A stretch of 64,000 bases of DNA from Bacteroidales bacterium (GCA_024681295.1 JAILBC010000132.1:12397-76396); one strand, 5' to 3'; shown: positions 38,529-47,771, counted from the stretch's first letter. A program made the numbers and translations. The notes: generated from the letters alone by a model not told the origin.

Positions 38529-39002
38529 GTGGAGAAAAAACAGAAAGTAAACAAGAAACAATTGGATATGGAAGAAGAGTTCGACGGTGTGTTCATCCCT
38601 CAGGAAGCAATAGAAGACAGCAACGCCAAGAAAAAGGTGCATCGCACGTTGCGTCAGCTTCCCATATATCGTGACATGTCGAACTTGAAAAGCATGATCG
38701 TTGACCTCTACGACATCTTGCCGAGAAAGATGACGAAGTACGCCGATACAACTTTGGGTACGGCATGTGAGGCGAAGAAATGTATCGGACTCGCTGAAGC
38801 GAGCCGGGACAGTGAGGAACGTTCCGACTACCTCAAAACTGCAAGAGTGTTTGTGGAGGATATCATCGACGATGCAACTATCCTGTTCCACAAGAAACGA
38901 ATCGACAAGAAAAAGGAAAAACAGATAAAGGATCAGGCGCGTAAGGTCGTGGCCCAATGCGTAGCATGGCGCGATTATACCAATGACCAGGGCGCGGAGT
39001 AA
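38529..39002 (+). CDS. avd: Accessory variability determinant (Avd)-like four-helix-bundle protein
   Basis: Located between target/VR and TR/RT as in canonical DGRs. Small and basic, with a helical pattern (LPIYRDMSNLKSMIVDLYDILPRKMTKY...). It uses a GTG start; an alternative ATG is at 38568. Confidence 0.6.
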   Translation: MEKKQKVNKKQLDMEEEFDGVFIPQEAIEDSNAKKKVHRTLRQLPIYRDMSNLKSMIVDLYDILPRKMTKYADTTLGTACEAKKCIGLAEASRDSEERSDYLKTARVFVEDIIDDATILFHKKRIDKKKEKQIKDQARKVVAQCVAWRDYTNDQGAE

Positions 39003-39108
39003 TTAAATATTTTTGTTATGAGCGGAGTGTCATATAATCCGATGAATGGGCGGCTTACTGCGGGACGTAAAAAGTCCTTCAGTTACGAAGGTGCAAAGCC
39101 GCAAAAAG

Positions 39109-39237
39109 ACAGTAGTAACCAGTGGAGCGGTACTGAGAACAATCGCAACAACGCCAGGAACGTGAACTTCAACAATGGTAACGCCAACAACAACAACAAC
39201 AAGTACAACGGGAACGTTGTTCGGCCTGTCGCAGCAT
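39109..39237 (+). repeat. DGR template repeat (TR)
   Basis: Adenine-rich copy of the VR containing 17 AAY (Asn) codons in the VR reading frame. It lies directly upstream of the RT domain. Confidence 0.95.
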
Positions 39238-39251
39238 CCCAAGATTATGAC

Positions 39252-40560
39252 GTGCCTGAGTCCTTTGTCAATTCCGTATGGGAAGCCTATTACGATTGTC
39301 TTAGAGGCAAGATGCGCTCGAAGCAAGCCGTGGAATACATGGAAATAGCCAACGAGGACATCCCCGTGTTGGCACAAGAATTATGGAGCGGGACTTACCA
39401 TCCTGGTACATCGACCTGCTTTCTTAGTCCACTATCCGAAACTAAGAGAGGTATTCGCGGCGAACTTTCGGGACCGCATCGTGCATCACTGGATATGCCT
39501 GCGCTTGAATCCGTTGTTCGAGGAACGCTTCGAGAAGCAAGGGAATGTGTCGTTCAACTGCCGCAAGGAGTTTGGGACGGAGAAAGCCGTGCTTCATGTA
39601 GCGGAAGGAATGAAGAGGGTGAGCGACTGCTACCACACCCCGGCATGGGTGTTCAAAGGAGATCTCGTTGGATTCTTCATGTCAATCGACAAGGATTTGC
39701 TTTGGTATCTCTTGGAACGCTTCATCCGTCGCCAGCGCAAGCGCTTCGAGCGGGAAGGATGGAAAACGCTCGACTTCTCAATTCTTGCACGCCTGAGGAT
39801 GACACAGATGCCCGAAATGTATTGGGACATCCTTATGAGAACGACAATGGTGGTTGTCATGCACCATCCGGAACTGGATTGCATACTCAACACAGACCCG
39901 AGCGAATGGCACAACCTGGCGAAAAACAAGAGCCTGTTCACATCGCCCACCGGAGAACCCATCGGAAACCTTACGACGCAGTTGTTCGCCAACTTCCTGA
40001 TGTCGTTCTTCATCAACTTTGTTCAATGGCTGTTCAGAGGAAAGAATTACTGCATGGCGCAGTTTGTGGACGATTTCGTCATTGTGTGCGACAACCTCCG
40101 CTTCCTCGTGGAAAGCATACCGAAGATAGAGGAATTCCTGCATTCCAAACTTCGCCTGACGCTCCACAAGCACAAGAGATACCTGCAACCCGTCTCTCAC
40201 GGTGTGAAGTTCGTCGGCACCTACATCAAGCCTGGCAGACTTTATCTTTCCAACCAAACGCTTTCGAGGTTGAAGGAACGTTGCCACGGGTTTGCGATCA
40301 CCATGGCAGAGAGCGAATTGGAGGATTGGGACAGGGAACGCATGGAACAGACATTCAACTCGTACCTTGGATTCACAAGGAAGAGAATGACGTACAATTA
40401 CAGGAAGGAAAACATAGAAGGAATGGGACACGACTTCTGGCGTAACTTTTACGTCCGAGGCAGCTATGAAGTAATCAGAAGAAGAAAAAACATAAAACCG
40501 AGAGACAATGAATATCTACGAACAACAGCCGCCGGTGGTGGCGACAAACAAATTGCTTGA
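39252..40560 (+). CDS. DGR reverse transcriptase, reading frame interrupted by a +1 shift at 39423-39427
   Basis: The 39018 frame gives SFVNSVWEAYYDCLRGK...YHPGTSTCFL. The +1 frame continues VHYPKLREVFAANFRDRIVHH, NCRKEFGTEKA, FKGDLVGFFMSID, PIGNLTTQLFANF and QFVDDFVIV (YxDD-type). A GTG at 39252 is a possible start. Confidence 0.85.
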
Positions 40561-40903
40561 AGGCTATGTCACGTACATCAACCTTGGAGCGAGAAAACTG
40601 ACCAAAGCCGAACGCAGGGAAAACGAAATCCCTGACAAGGTGATGGATGAAGAAGGTAACGAGGTGGCGAAACAGGCGTGGACGGCACACACCATCGTTT
40701 ACAAACACAAGGATCCTTTAACCGAAGCCGACTACGGACCTCTTGTCGCAGCAATAGTCAGAAGCCGATATTCCGCTGATGACGTTGAAGCAATCATGCT
40801 CAACTACTCAGCCGACCAGACCGAAGAGCATCGGTTGGAGTTCAACCAACTCCAGACATGGAGGCAGGTCGCGAAGGAAGCCGCGAGGGAAGCCATCGGA
40901 TAA
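40508..40903 (+). CDS. Hypothetical protein downstream of DGR RT
   Basis: 131-aa ORF overlapping the RT 3' end by 53 nt. Confidence 0.45.
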   Translation: MNIYEQQPPVVATNKLLEGYVTYINLGARKLTKAERRENEIPDKVMDEEGNEVAKQAWTAHTIVYKHKDPLTEADYGPLVAAIVRSRYSADDVEAIMLNYSADQTEEHRLEFNQLQTWRQVAKEAAREAIG

Positions 40904-40969
40904 TAACTTCATCACAGCAAACATTCGCCGCCTTACTTGACTATATAAGAACAGAAAACACTCGCAACC

Positions 40970-43441
40970 ATGACGTCGATAGCCAAAGGAACCATCATAC
41001 TCAGCAACATCAACGACTCGCTGACGGTGATTATGTCGCCGAACAGTTGTGTCATACCTGCAGATTACGATGGCAGCAATGTCGATTTGACCAACGCCTA
41101 CACCGTGGTAGAGGCCAAACGCGGCAGCACTCCGATGGCATTCACCCTTACCCAGGTGTCTATCACCAACAACTCGATACAGTATTCCGTCACGAGCATC
41201 GACACCTACCACAAGAAAATTGCCATCACAACCCTTCCGACGGGCGTGGTTTCCGGGGCCATCGTTTTCACGCTGACAACCAGCGACGGCGGCACGACGC
41301 AGATCAACTTCCAGTTTGCCGTTGTCAGGCAGGCCACGATGTTCGATTGGGTGCTCGATTGGGAAAACAACAAGACCACCATCGGCAACACCTACATCAT
41401 CACCCCGAAGCTGTTTGTCGGGCATCGCACACCTGGTACTGGATTAGGCACCCTTAGCGGCGTCTATATTGGTCCCGACGATCAGAACATAGGGACGGCT
41501 GGTATCTACGGCCTGCATGAAGGGGATGAAATATTCAGGCTCAACAAGGACGGCGGTGTCATAGGTGGATGGAATATCGGGACGGCCTACCTGTTCGGTG
41601 GTCACGTCTTTATCGGCTCCACTGCATCGTATATTGGTGTTTCTCCGACGGCACTGACTGAGGCGATAGTTACTGCAAGTGGATTCTCACACAGGAATAC
41701 TGTTCATGACGATGGAGGCGTGGCTATGTTCTACAATAGTGCCAGCGATTATGGCTTGGAAGGATATCTGCCAAAGACCGTCAACAACGGTACAACGACC
41801 TACAACAAGACTTTCAGCCTTGGCCATGTCAATCTCATAGCCGGATGGAATTTCGACACCGAAGCCATTTGGATCGGGACAAAAGCCAATACCGCAGGCG
41901 CCGGCACCGCAAACAACAGCAGTATCACCATTGGCACAAACGGCTTGCGTGGTTACGGTTGGTATATCGACACCGGTGGGAATGTCAGCTTCGCTGGAGG
42001 TAACGTCGCATTCAGTTCATCGGCAAACACCATAGCGGGATGGAACATCGGGACCGGGAGGCTTTCGACGGCCCATGCCGCCTTGGTGTCGGTGACTAAT
42101 CAAGGCTCTTTGTATCTTTCCGCAGCCGATATCAGCAACGTCACTGATGGGAACCTTGACTCAACTATTGCTTCGAGCGGCGGCATCATCATCAAGGCAT
42201 TGTCAAGCGGTGCCGAGTTGCTGGGTTACAACACATCCGGCAATATGCTGTTCAAGTTGTCCGCTGCCGCCACATCGCAGATTGGAGCGTGGAAATTCGA
42301 CAACAGCGACTTGTTCACTGGCACAAAGGCAACGACTGGCTTCACCGGCGCTTCTGGAAGCATGACCATCGGGTCAACTGGTATTCGTGGTTATAAGTGG
42401 AGATTGGAGAGCGACGGCAGCGGCGCCTTGGCCAACGGCGATATCAGTTGGGACACTAACGGAATACTCCTCGCAGGAACCATTAACGTCAAGGATGGCA
42501 ACGGCGTCGTAAAGGCTGGAATGTCAGCAGCAGGTACAGGTGCTTCTGGTATCAGATTCTTTGCAGGAGGCGCAACTCCAGCATCAGCGCCTTTCCGTGT
42601 TGACGAAACAGGTAAGGTGGTTGCTACACTTGGCACTATTGGTAGTTGGATTATTAGCGACGGATCTTTGGTATCGAGCACCGAGACCGGCAACCGAATC
42701 ACCCTTGGACCAACGCTTATCCAGTTGAGAAAAGACGAGATCAACGTTTGTTCCGTTGCCGAATATATCTGTGGTGAATTCCAAAACGAGAGGACTTCGA
42801 GCTCGACAAGCGTAGGAGCATCCATCAGTTTATCCCAGGAAACAGGAGTGATTCAGACGCAAGGTGTTGGCTTCGGCAACTCGACACCCAAGGCGATGAT
42901 GAGTTATAACGGTTTTTATGCGAATAGGTCCGGTGTGATCGCTTATACAGACAGCAACGACAACCAACGCCACTTTGCGGCCATATTTGCCTCAGGCAAG
43001 GCAAATGTTACCGAAAGTTGGGCGTTGAACGGCGACGAGACATGCGTGGTCGGTGTTTACGGGAAAGCGTCAAATACCGGTTCGGCACCTGCATACGGCG
43101 GCTACTTCGAGAACCTGAAAGCCTGTGGTTTGGTACTGAAGATGGTTTTAATTACCGATTCCTCATCTTCATCGACAACGCTTTCGTCAAAGGTGTCTGC
43201 TGTTGTCGGAACCGTCAGCGAGAACCAGACAAAGACAGTTGTCCTTCCAAGCGAGAATATAGAGGGGAAAACCATTGTCATCCGCAATAACGACCGTGGA
43301 ACAATCAGTGTTTCTCCGGCAAGCGGACAATACATGAATTCATGGGGAAGCACAAATTCTTATTCAATAACTGGAAACAAGACGGTTATATTCATCCTGA
43401 TAAAACTTGATTCATCAACCTACATCTGGACGGCAAACTAA
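40970..43441 (+). CDS. Tail fibre-like protein with reiterated G-x-W-x-[IF] motifs
   Basis: 823 aa. Recurrent IGGWNIGTAYLFGG, IAGWNFDTEAIWIG, IAGWNIGTGRLS, IGAWKFDNSDLFTG and IGSWIISDGSLVS units. Gly/Ser/Thr/Asn-rich. Confidence 0.65.
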   Translation: MTSIAKGTIILSNINDSLTVIMSPNSCVIPADYDGSNVDLTNAYTVVEAKRGSTPMAFTLTQVSITNNSIQYSVTSIDTYHKKIAITTLPTGVVSGAIVFTLTTSDGGTTQINFQFAVVRQATMFDWVLDWENNKTTIGNTYIITPKLFVGHRTPGTGLGTLSGVYIGPDDQNIGTAGIYGLHEGDEIFRLNKDGGVIGGWNIGTAYLFGGHVFIGSTASYIGVSPTALTEAIVTASGFSHRNTVHDDGGVAMFYNSASDYGLEGYLPKTVNNGTTTYNKTFSLGHVNLIAGWNFDTEAIWIGTKANTAGAGTANNSSITIGTNGLRGYGWYIDTGGNVSFAGGNVAFSSSANTIAGWNIGTGRLSTAHAALVSVTNQGSLYLSAADISNVTDGNLDSTIASSGGIIIKALSSGAELLGYNTSGNMLFKLSAAATSQIGAWKFDNSDLFTGTKATTGFTGASGSMTIGSTGIRGYKWRLESDGSGALANGDISWDTNGILLAGTINVKDGNGVVKAGMSAAGTGASGIRFFAGGATPASAPFRVDETGKVVATLGTIGSWIISDGSLVSSTETGNRITLGPTLIQLRKDEINVCSVAEYICGEFQNERTSSSTSVGASISLSQETGVIQTQGVGFGNSTPKAMMSYNGFYANRSGVIAYTDSNDNQRHFAAIFASGKANVTESWALNGDETCVVGVYGKASNTGSAPAYGGYFENLKACGLVLKMVLITDSSSSSTTLSSKVSAVVGTVSENQTKTVVLPSENIEGKTIVIRNNDRGTISVSPASGQYMNSWGSTNSYSITGNKTVIFILIKLDSSTYIWTAN

Positions 43442-44115
43442 TGAGACAAGACATAAAAGTAAGCAGCGAAACCAAGGATGTCGTTCTTTCCGAGAAAGGA
43501 CGGCACACGATTTACCCGTTCGATTGGGTAGCAAACCCAGGAGGACTGGTGAGATACGTCTATGGTGAAGTGACCATCACGGATTCCACCGTCGGAACCG
43601 ACAGCATCAATACACTTGGTGTCTATACAAGAATACCATATACTCCGGTTTGCAAGGAATTCATGGTGAGGTTCAAGACAGCGAACGGCTACATCGTCAA
43701 CCCCGTTGACGGAAGCGTGTGGTTTGTAGTCAAGGTCGGCATGTACGGAGGCGAGAAGGAAAACGCCTGGGTATCGAAGCTGATCACCATATCAGAGGAC
43801 AAGTTTTACTTCCGCATCAATTCCGGAACAGCGGAGATATACAACGGCGCCGAAACGGACTTCACCATTGGCAAGGCAAACAAGCAAAATGGCAACATGC
43901 TTCTGGAGTGCGTGCCGACAAACAATTACAGATATCCTGTTACTGGTGTCGGATTGGTCAGGTGGACCAACTCCAACATCGAATATACCAGGCTTTCTGA
44001 AATCCTGCAAAGGGAGTTTCAGGATGACGGGGTTACGGTGCTTGACGCATCCTATGACTTCGACACCAAGGACCTCTATCTGAATCTTGACACATCTTTC
44101 GTTGACAGGGAGTAA
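43441..44115 (+). CDS. Hypothetical tail-module protein
   Basis: 224-aa ORF whose ATG overlaps the previous stop. Confidence 0.5.
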   Translation: MRQDIKVSSETKDVVLSEKGRHTIYPFDWVANPGGLVRYVYGEVTITDSTVGTDSINTLGVYTRIPYTPVCKEFMVRFKTANGYIVNPVDGSVWFVVKVGMYGGEKENAWVSKLITISEDKFYFRINSGTAEIYNGAETDFTIGKANKQNGNMLLECVPTNNYRYPVTGVGLVRWTNSNIEYTRLSEILQREFQDDGVTVLDASYDFDTKDLYLNLDTSFVDRE

Positions 44116-44119
44116 TAAA

Positions 44120-45025
44120 ATGGCTACTTACAAGGTAAAACCGGGACAGAATCTATTCGACATCGCAATACTGCTGTATGGCAATATCGAAGGTATATTC
44201 GACCTTTTAATCAGCAACAGGACATTCACCCGTGCCAATGGAGCGATAGAGACGCTTGGAATGGCCACGAAACTCGCCACTGGCGACATCCTCGAATACC
44301 ACGACTATTACATCGTCAATTCAGGAATTGTTCGTGAGATCAAGGAAAACGGCTATCTGCCGGCCAATGCCGAAAGGCATGTATATCACAAGTCAACAAG
44401 CGAAGAACTGGTCATGGTTATCGCCATTGACGATGAAGCCACTTCAATGGGGTTCAAGGCCGCAGGCGACGGTCAGATGGTTGTCGATTGGGGTGACAAC
44501 AGCGACCTCGAAACCATCACTCTCTCCACCGCGCTCACTGAACATAGCCATTATTTCAATTCAGTGGTGAAAGGCAGGAGAGTGAAGGTTTACGGAACGT
44601 TCACCATGACAATGTTTGACGCCAGCGGAATACCCGGTATGCTGCTTCCGGTGAAGGGTATTACGGTCGATGAATTTACGTCGGTAAAAAACAAATATCC
44701 GCTCACTGGACTATTGCTTTTTGAAGGCACTTATGCGGTTGACCTGACAGGCGCAACCATCACAGACCTTACGCCGATAGGCAATATGGACTTGCAGACG
44801 CTTGACTTCAGGGACGCATTGATAGGAAGCGAAGTGATAGACGCCTACCTGGTGTACGTTGTCGCCAACTACGGAACGAGAAGGCCGTGCAAGGTGTGGA
44901 TGACTACACCTCCGACGGAGATAGGTATGGCGGCGATAGAGACGATCATCGGAGAGGATGACTGGAACCAAAGCGGCGATTGGGAATTTGACATCAACGG
45001 AACAATCTATAAACACGAGTCATAA
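44120..45025 (+). CDS. Tail/baseplate protein with LysM-like N-terminus
   Basis: From the internal Met: MATYKVKPGQNLFDIAILLYGNIEG (LysM/gpX-like). The start at 44120 follows the previous stop at 44115. Confidence 0.5.
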   Translation: MATYKVKPGQNLFDIAILLYGNIEGIFDLLISNRTFTRANGAIETLGMATKLATGDILEYHDYYIVNSGIVREIKENGYLPANAERHVYHKSTSEELVMVIAIDDEATSMGFKAAGDGQMVVDWGDNSDLETITLSTALTEHSHYFNSVVKGRRVKVYGTFTMTMFDASGIPGMLLPVKGITVDEFTSVKNKYPLTGLLLFEGTYAVDLTGATITDLTPIGNMDLQTLDFRDALIGSEVIDAYLVYVVANYGTRRPCKVWMTTPPTEIGMAAIETIIGEDDWNQSGDWEFDINGTIYKHES

Positions 45026-45026
45026 T

Positions 45027-45953
45027 ATGTCGAGAACACTAACGGAAATATACAGCCAGGCCAAGGAGAAACGCGACGAATACCTTGAGCTAACCGAGTT
45101 TCACAACAGCTCCAAGATGTCTGTCTTGGATGCTTTCACATGGGTTTCGTCGGCCTGCATCTGGGTATTTGAGAACATCCTTGATGTTTTCAAGATAGAC
45201 CTTGCAAAGGACCTGCAGTACCGCATCAACGGCACTGCATCCTATTACGCCAACGCCCTGTTGAAATACCAAAGCGGCGATTCACTGATCATGAACGAAG
45301 ATGGTACGCAGTTCTCGTACCCATCAGAGGACCAGTCGAAACGCATCGTCACGAAAGTCAGTTGCTCAGAAGAACAAGAAGATGGTTTCTATGACAAGAA
45401 ACTCATCCTGAAAATCGCCACGGGACAGCCCGGGGCCTACGAGAGGATTGACGATGCAGAGTTGCTTTCCATTCAGGCGTATCTGAACCAGATTTCTTTC
45501 GCCGGCACCCATGCCGAGGTGGTCAGCCGCAATGGTGACATCCTCATTCCGAGGCTGACGGTCTATTACGACGGTGCTGTGGCCCCAGAGGAAGTCTATT
45601 CGAACATTGAGAATTCCTTGAACGAGTTCGTTCAGAACATCCCGTTCGACGGCGTGGTTTACGTTCAGAAAATCATTGACGCCATCCAAAAAGCCGAGCA
45701 TGTGGTGGATGTGTATATCGACCAGGAAAACAGCCAAGGCATCTTCGTGGTCCAATATGACAGCGACAACAACCTGATCAACCAAAACCCCGACACATCC
45801 GGCGACCCATACTACGAAATGCCAGTCACAAGGTCGTTCGTCCCCAATGCCGGATTCGTGAAACAAAGCTCAGGTAGCGGTGTCGAAGCCGACTTCCAGA
45901 AATGGAGCGAGTCCATTACCCTGCAGATTGAAGGACAGGAGGAAAGTGAGTAA
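45027..45953 (+). CDS. Hypothetical baseplate-module protein
   Basis: The ORF is trimmed to MSRTLTEIYSQAKE (ATG 45027), 1 nt after the previous stop. Confidence 0.5.
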   Translation: MSRTLTEIYSQAKEKRDEYLELTEFHNSSKMSVLDAFTWVSSACIWVFENILDVFKIDLAKDLQYRINGTASYYANALLKYQSGDSLIMNEDGTQFSYPSEDQSKRIVTKVSCSEEQEDGFYDKKLILKIATGQPGAYERIDDAELLSIQAYLNQISFAGTHAEVVSRNGDILIPRLTVYYDGAVAPEEVYSNIENSLNEFVQNIPFDGVVYVQKIIDAIQKAEHVVDVYIDQENSQGIFVVQYDSDNNLINQNPDTSGDPYYEMPVTRSFVPNAGFVKQSSGSGVEADFQKWSESITLQIEGQEESE

Positions 45954-46471
45954 TGAGGTACAAAATCAACTTCGATAAAACCATCAATCAGTTCGTGCCA
46001 CACTACATGGGCGGCAGGAAGCTGATTCTGTATTTGCAAGCCTTGATGTACCCATTGCAGCAGCTTAACGACGCATTTGTCGATTGGGCGAAGGAAACAC
46101 GCATCGAAGCCTGCATGACATCGCAGATATTCAAGCTGGAGTGGTTCCTCAATAGAAAGTTCGGCAAGTACTTTTCCGACCAGCAGTCGAGAATCAGCAT
46201 TCAGAACGGCGGCAGCACTGGTGTTCCAATCTACTACGAATCGGAAGATCCGGAAACCGCTGTGTTGTACAACGAAGATGAGAATGAGGACGTTCCTGCG
46301 TTCTACTTCGAGAACGAGACTCCGACCAACCTCACTTACAGTTTCGTTGTCAACGTCCCGTCGCCGGACACGAGCAAGATTACCCAGGCCACATACGACA
46401 GCCAACTGCGTTACTGGATTGACAGATACAAACTCGCAAGCAAAACATATTTGATCAAATACACAAGCTAA
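45953..46471 (+). CDS. Hypothetical baseplate-module protein
   Basis: 172-aa ORF with coupled start and stop. Confidence 0.5.
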   Translation: MRYKINFDKTINQFVPHYMGGRKLILYLQALMYPLQQLNDAFVDWAKETRIEACMTSQIFKLEWFLNRKFGKYFSDQQSRISIQNGGSTGVPIYYESEDPETAVLYNEDENEDVPAFYFENETPTNLTYSFVVNVPSPDTSKITQATYDSQLRYWIDRYKLASKTYLIKYTS

Positions 46472-47766
46472 TGAAAGAATATAAAGCACAGACCGGCGGT
46501 CGTTACACCTATGCCGACGATCTTCTGAACCTTCAAAACCTTGCGCTGTCATTTGGCAGCCTTTTCGGTGACTGCCTTAACTTCATCATCAGCGGATGCG
46601 AAGTGTCGGGCAATAACATTTCCGAAGGTTATGTCTATATCAACGGCAAGATCAGGAAATTCGAGGGCCACACCGGTAACAGCACATGGCCGAAGTATAT
46701 CTACGAGAACAACTCGAACGAGAACATCGGCTATGCCAACAACCAGACCAAGGTCGGGCGAACCAACTACGGATGCGCCTGCGGTCCTACCGTTCCTTCC
46801 GGTAACGATCCCGTTACTGGTGCAGCAAGGCAGTCAATCCAGATTGCATCGACTGGAGCCGCCCTGAGGAAGAAAAACGAATTCTTCGGAAAGAATTGCC
46901 TGCTTCTCAATCCAGGTGCCGCACAGACAGTTGCCAATGCGGTGACTTTCAGCGGCAATGTGTCAATCGGTGGCACTTTGAACGTCACGGGGCAAACCAC
47001 CGTTGGAAGCATCAAGGTCAACGCCATCACAAGCACACAGGGAACGTTCTCCATCACTGACACCAACGGCAACATCAACATCGCCGCCGGCACCGGCAAG
47101 GCCGTCAATATCGGTCCAGCCATCAAGGAAGGTGGAACTTTGCTTTCTTCAAAGTACGTTCAGCGCAGCGAACTGCAGCAATGGGTATTCGGTAATGCAC
47201 CTTCGACGGGCATGACACAAGGGCAGTGTGACGCCCGCTATGCCAGGCTCTCAAACGGCCTGTCGCAGTTCATCACTGGTTCGAACACTGCAGCCGTCCT
47301 CTTGGGACAAATAGGCGGCATTAGCCAAAACACCGCAGACAGCAGGTACGCCAAACTCAGCAACTATCTCGCTGACATGGCAACATCAGAGAATGCAAAA
47401 TCCATGATCAGGCGCAATATCGGAGCAGCCAAGGCTGGATCATTCCAAGCCTTATTGAACGACACTGGATGGATCAAGGTCAAAGACCCAGGTCTTTATG
47501 TGCGTCAATGGGGCAATATTGTGACCATCGAGGGAGCCGTGTATGCCAAGAGCAACAACGAAACCGTCGTTACCATGCCATCCAACATTTCGGCACCTGG
47601 CAAGGATATCGAATTAGTCATATCCGGCGACGGCGCATCCGACACGCCTGCGAACTATCAGACGAGACTGAAGATGCAAGGTGGGTCCAAGGACCTCAAA
47701 GTGGCTTACTGCCATCCAAGCCTCGTAGGAAGCGTAATCAAAGTATTAATCACCTATATGAACTAA
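46471..47766 (+). CDS. Tail fibre-like protein
   Basis: 431 aa, Gly/Asn/Thr-rich and beta-like, in the fibre module. Confidence 0.55.
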   Translation: MKEYKAQTGGRYTYADDLLNLQNLALSFGSLFGDCLNFIISGCEVSGNNISEGYVYINGKIRKFEGHTGNSTWPKYIYENNSNENIGYANNQTKVGRTNYGCACGPTVPSGNDPVTGAARQSIQIASTGAALRKKNEFFGKNCLLLNPGAAQTVANAVTFSGNVSIGGTLNVTGQTTVGSIKVNAITSTQGTFSITDTNGNINIAAGTGKAVNIGPAIKEGGTLLSSKYVQRSELQQWVFGNAPSTGMTQGQCDARYARLSNGLSQFITGSNTAAVLLGQIGGISQNTADSRYAKLSNYLADMATSENAKSMIRRNIGAAKAGSFQALLNDTGWIKVKDPGLYVRQWGNIVTIEGAVYAKSNNETVVTMPSNISAPGKDIELVISGDGASDTPANYQTRLKMQGGSKDLKVAYCHPSLVGSVIKVLITYMN

Positions 47767-47771
47767 CACTA

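Noticed and set aside
39109-39237. An Asn-rich low-complexity stretch (NNRNNARNVNFNNGNANNNNNKYNGN) that could be taken for a poly-N or prion-like protein segment.
   Set aside because: It is the adenine-rich DGR template repeat. The AAY codon bias is the mutagenesis design, not a protein feature.
39018-40445. The single 475-aa ORF listed in the track across the TR/RT region.
   Set aside because: Only its first ~136 codons (through ...GTSTCFL) make sense. Beyond 39426 the translation is Arg/Pro/Gly-rich nonsense, while the +1 frame carries every RT motif. It is treated as the TR plus the RT N-terminus followed by an off-frame read-through.
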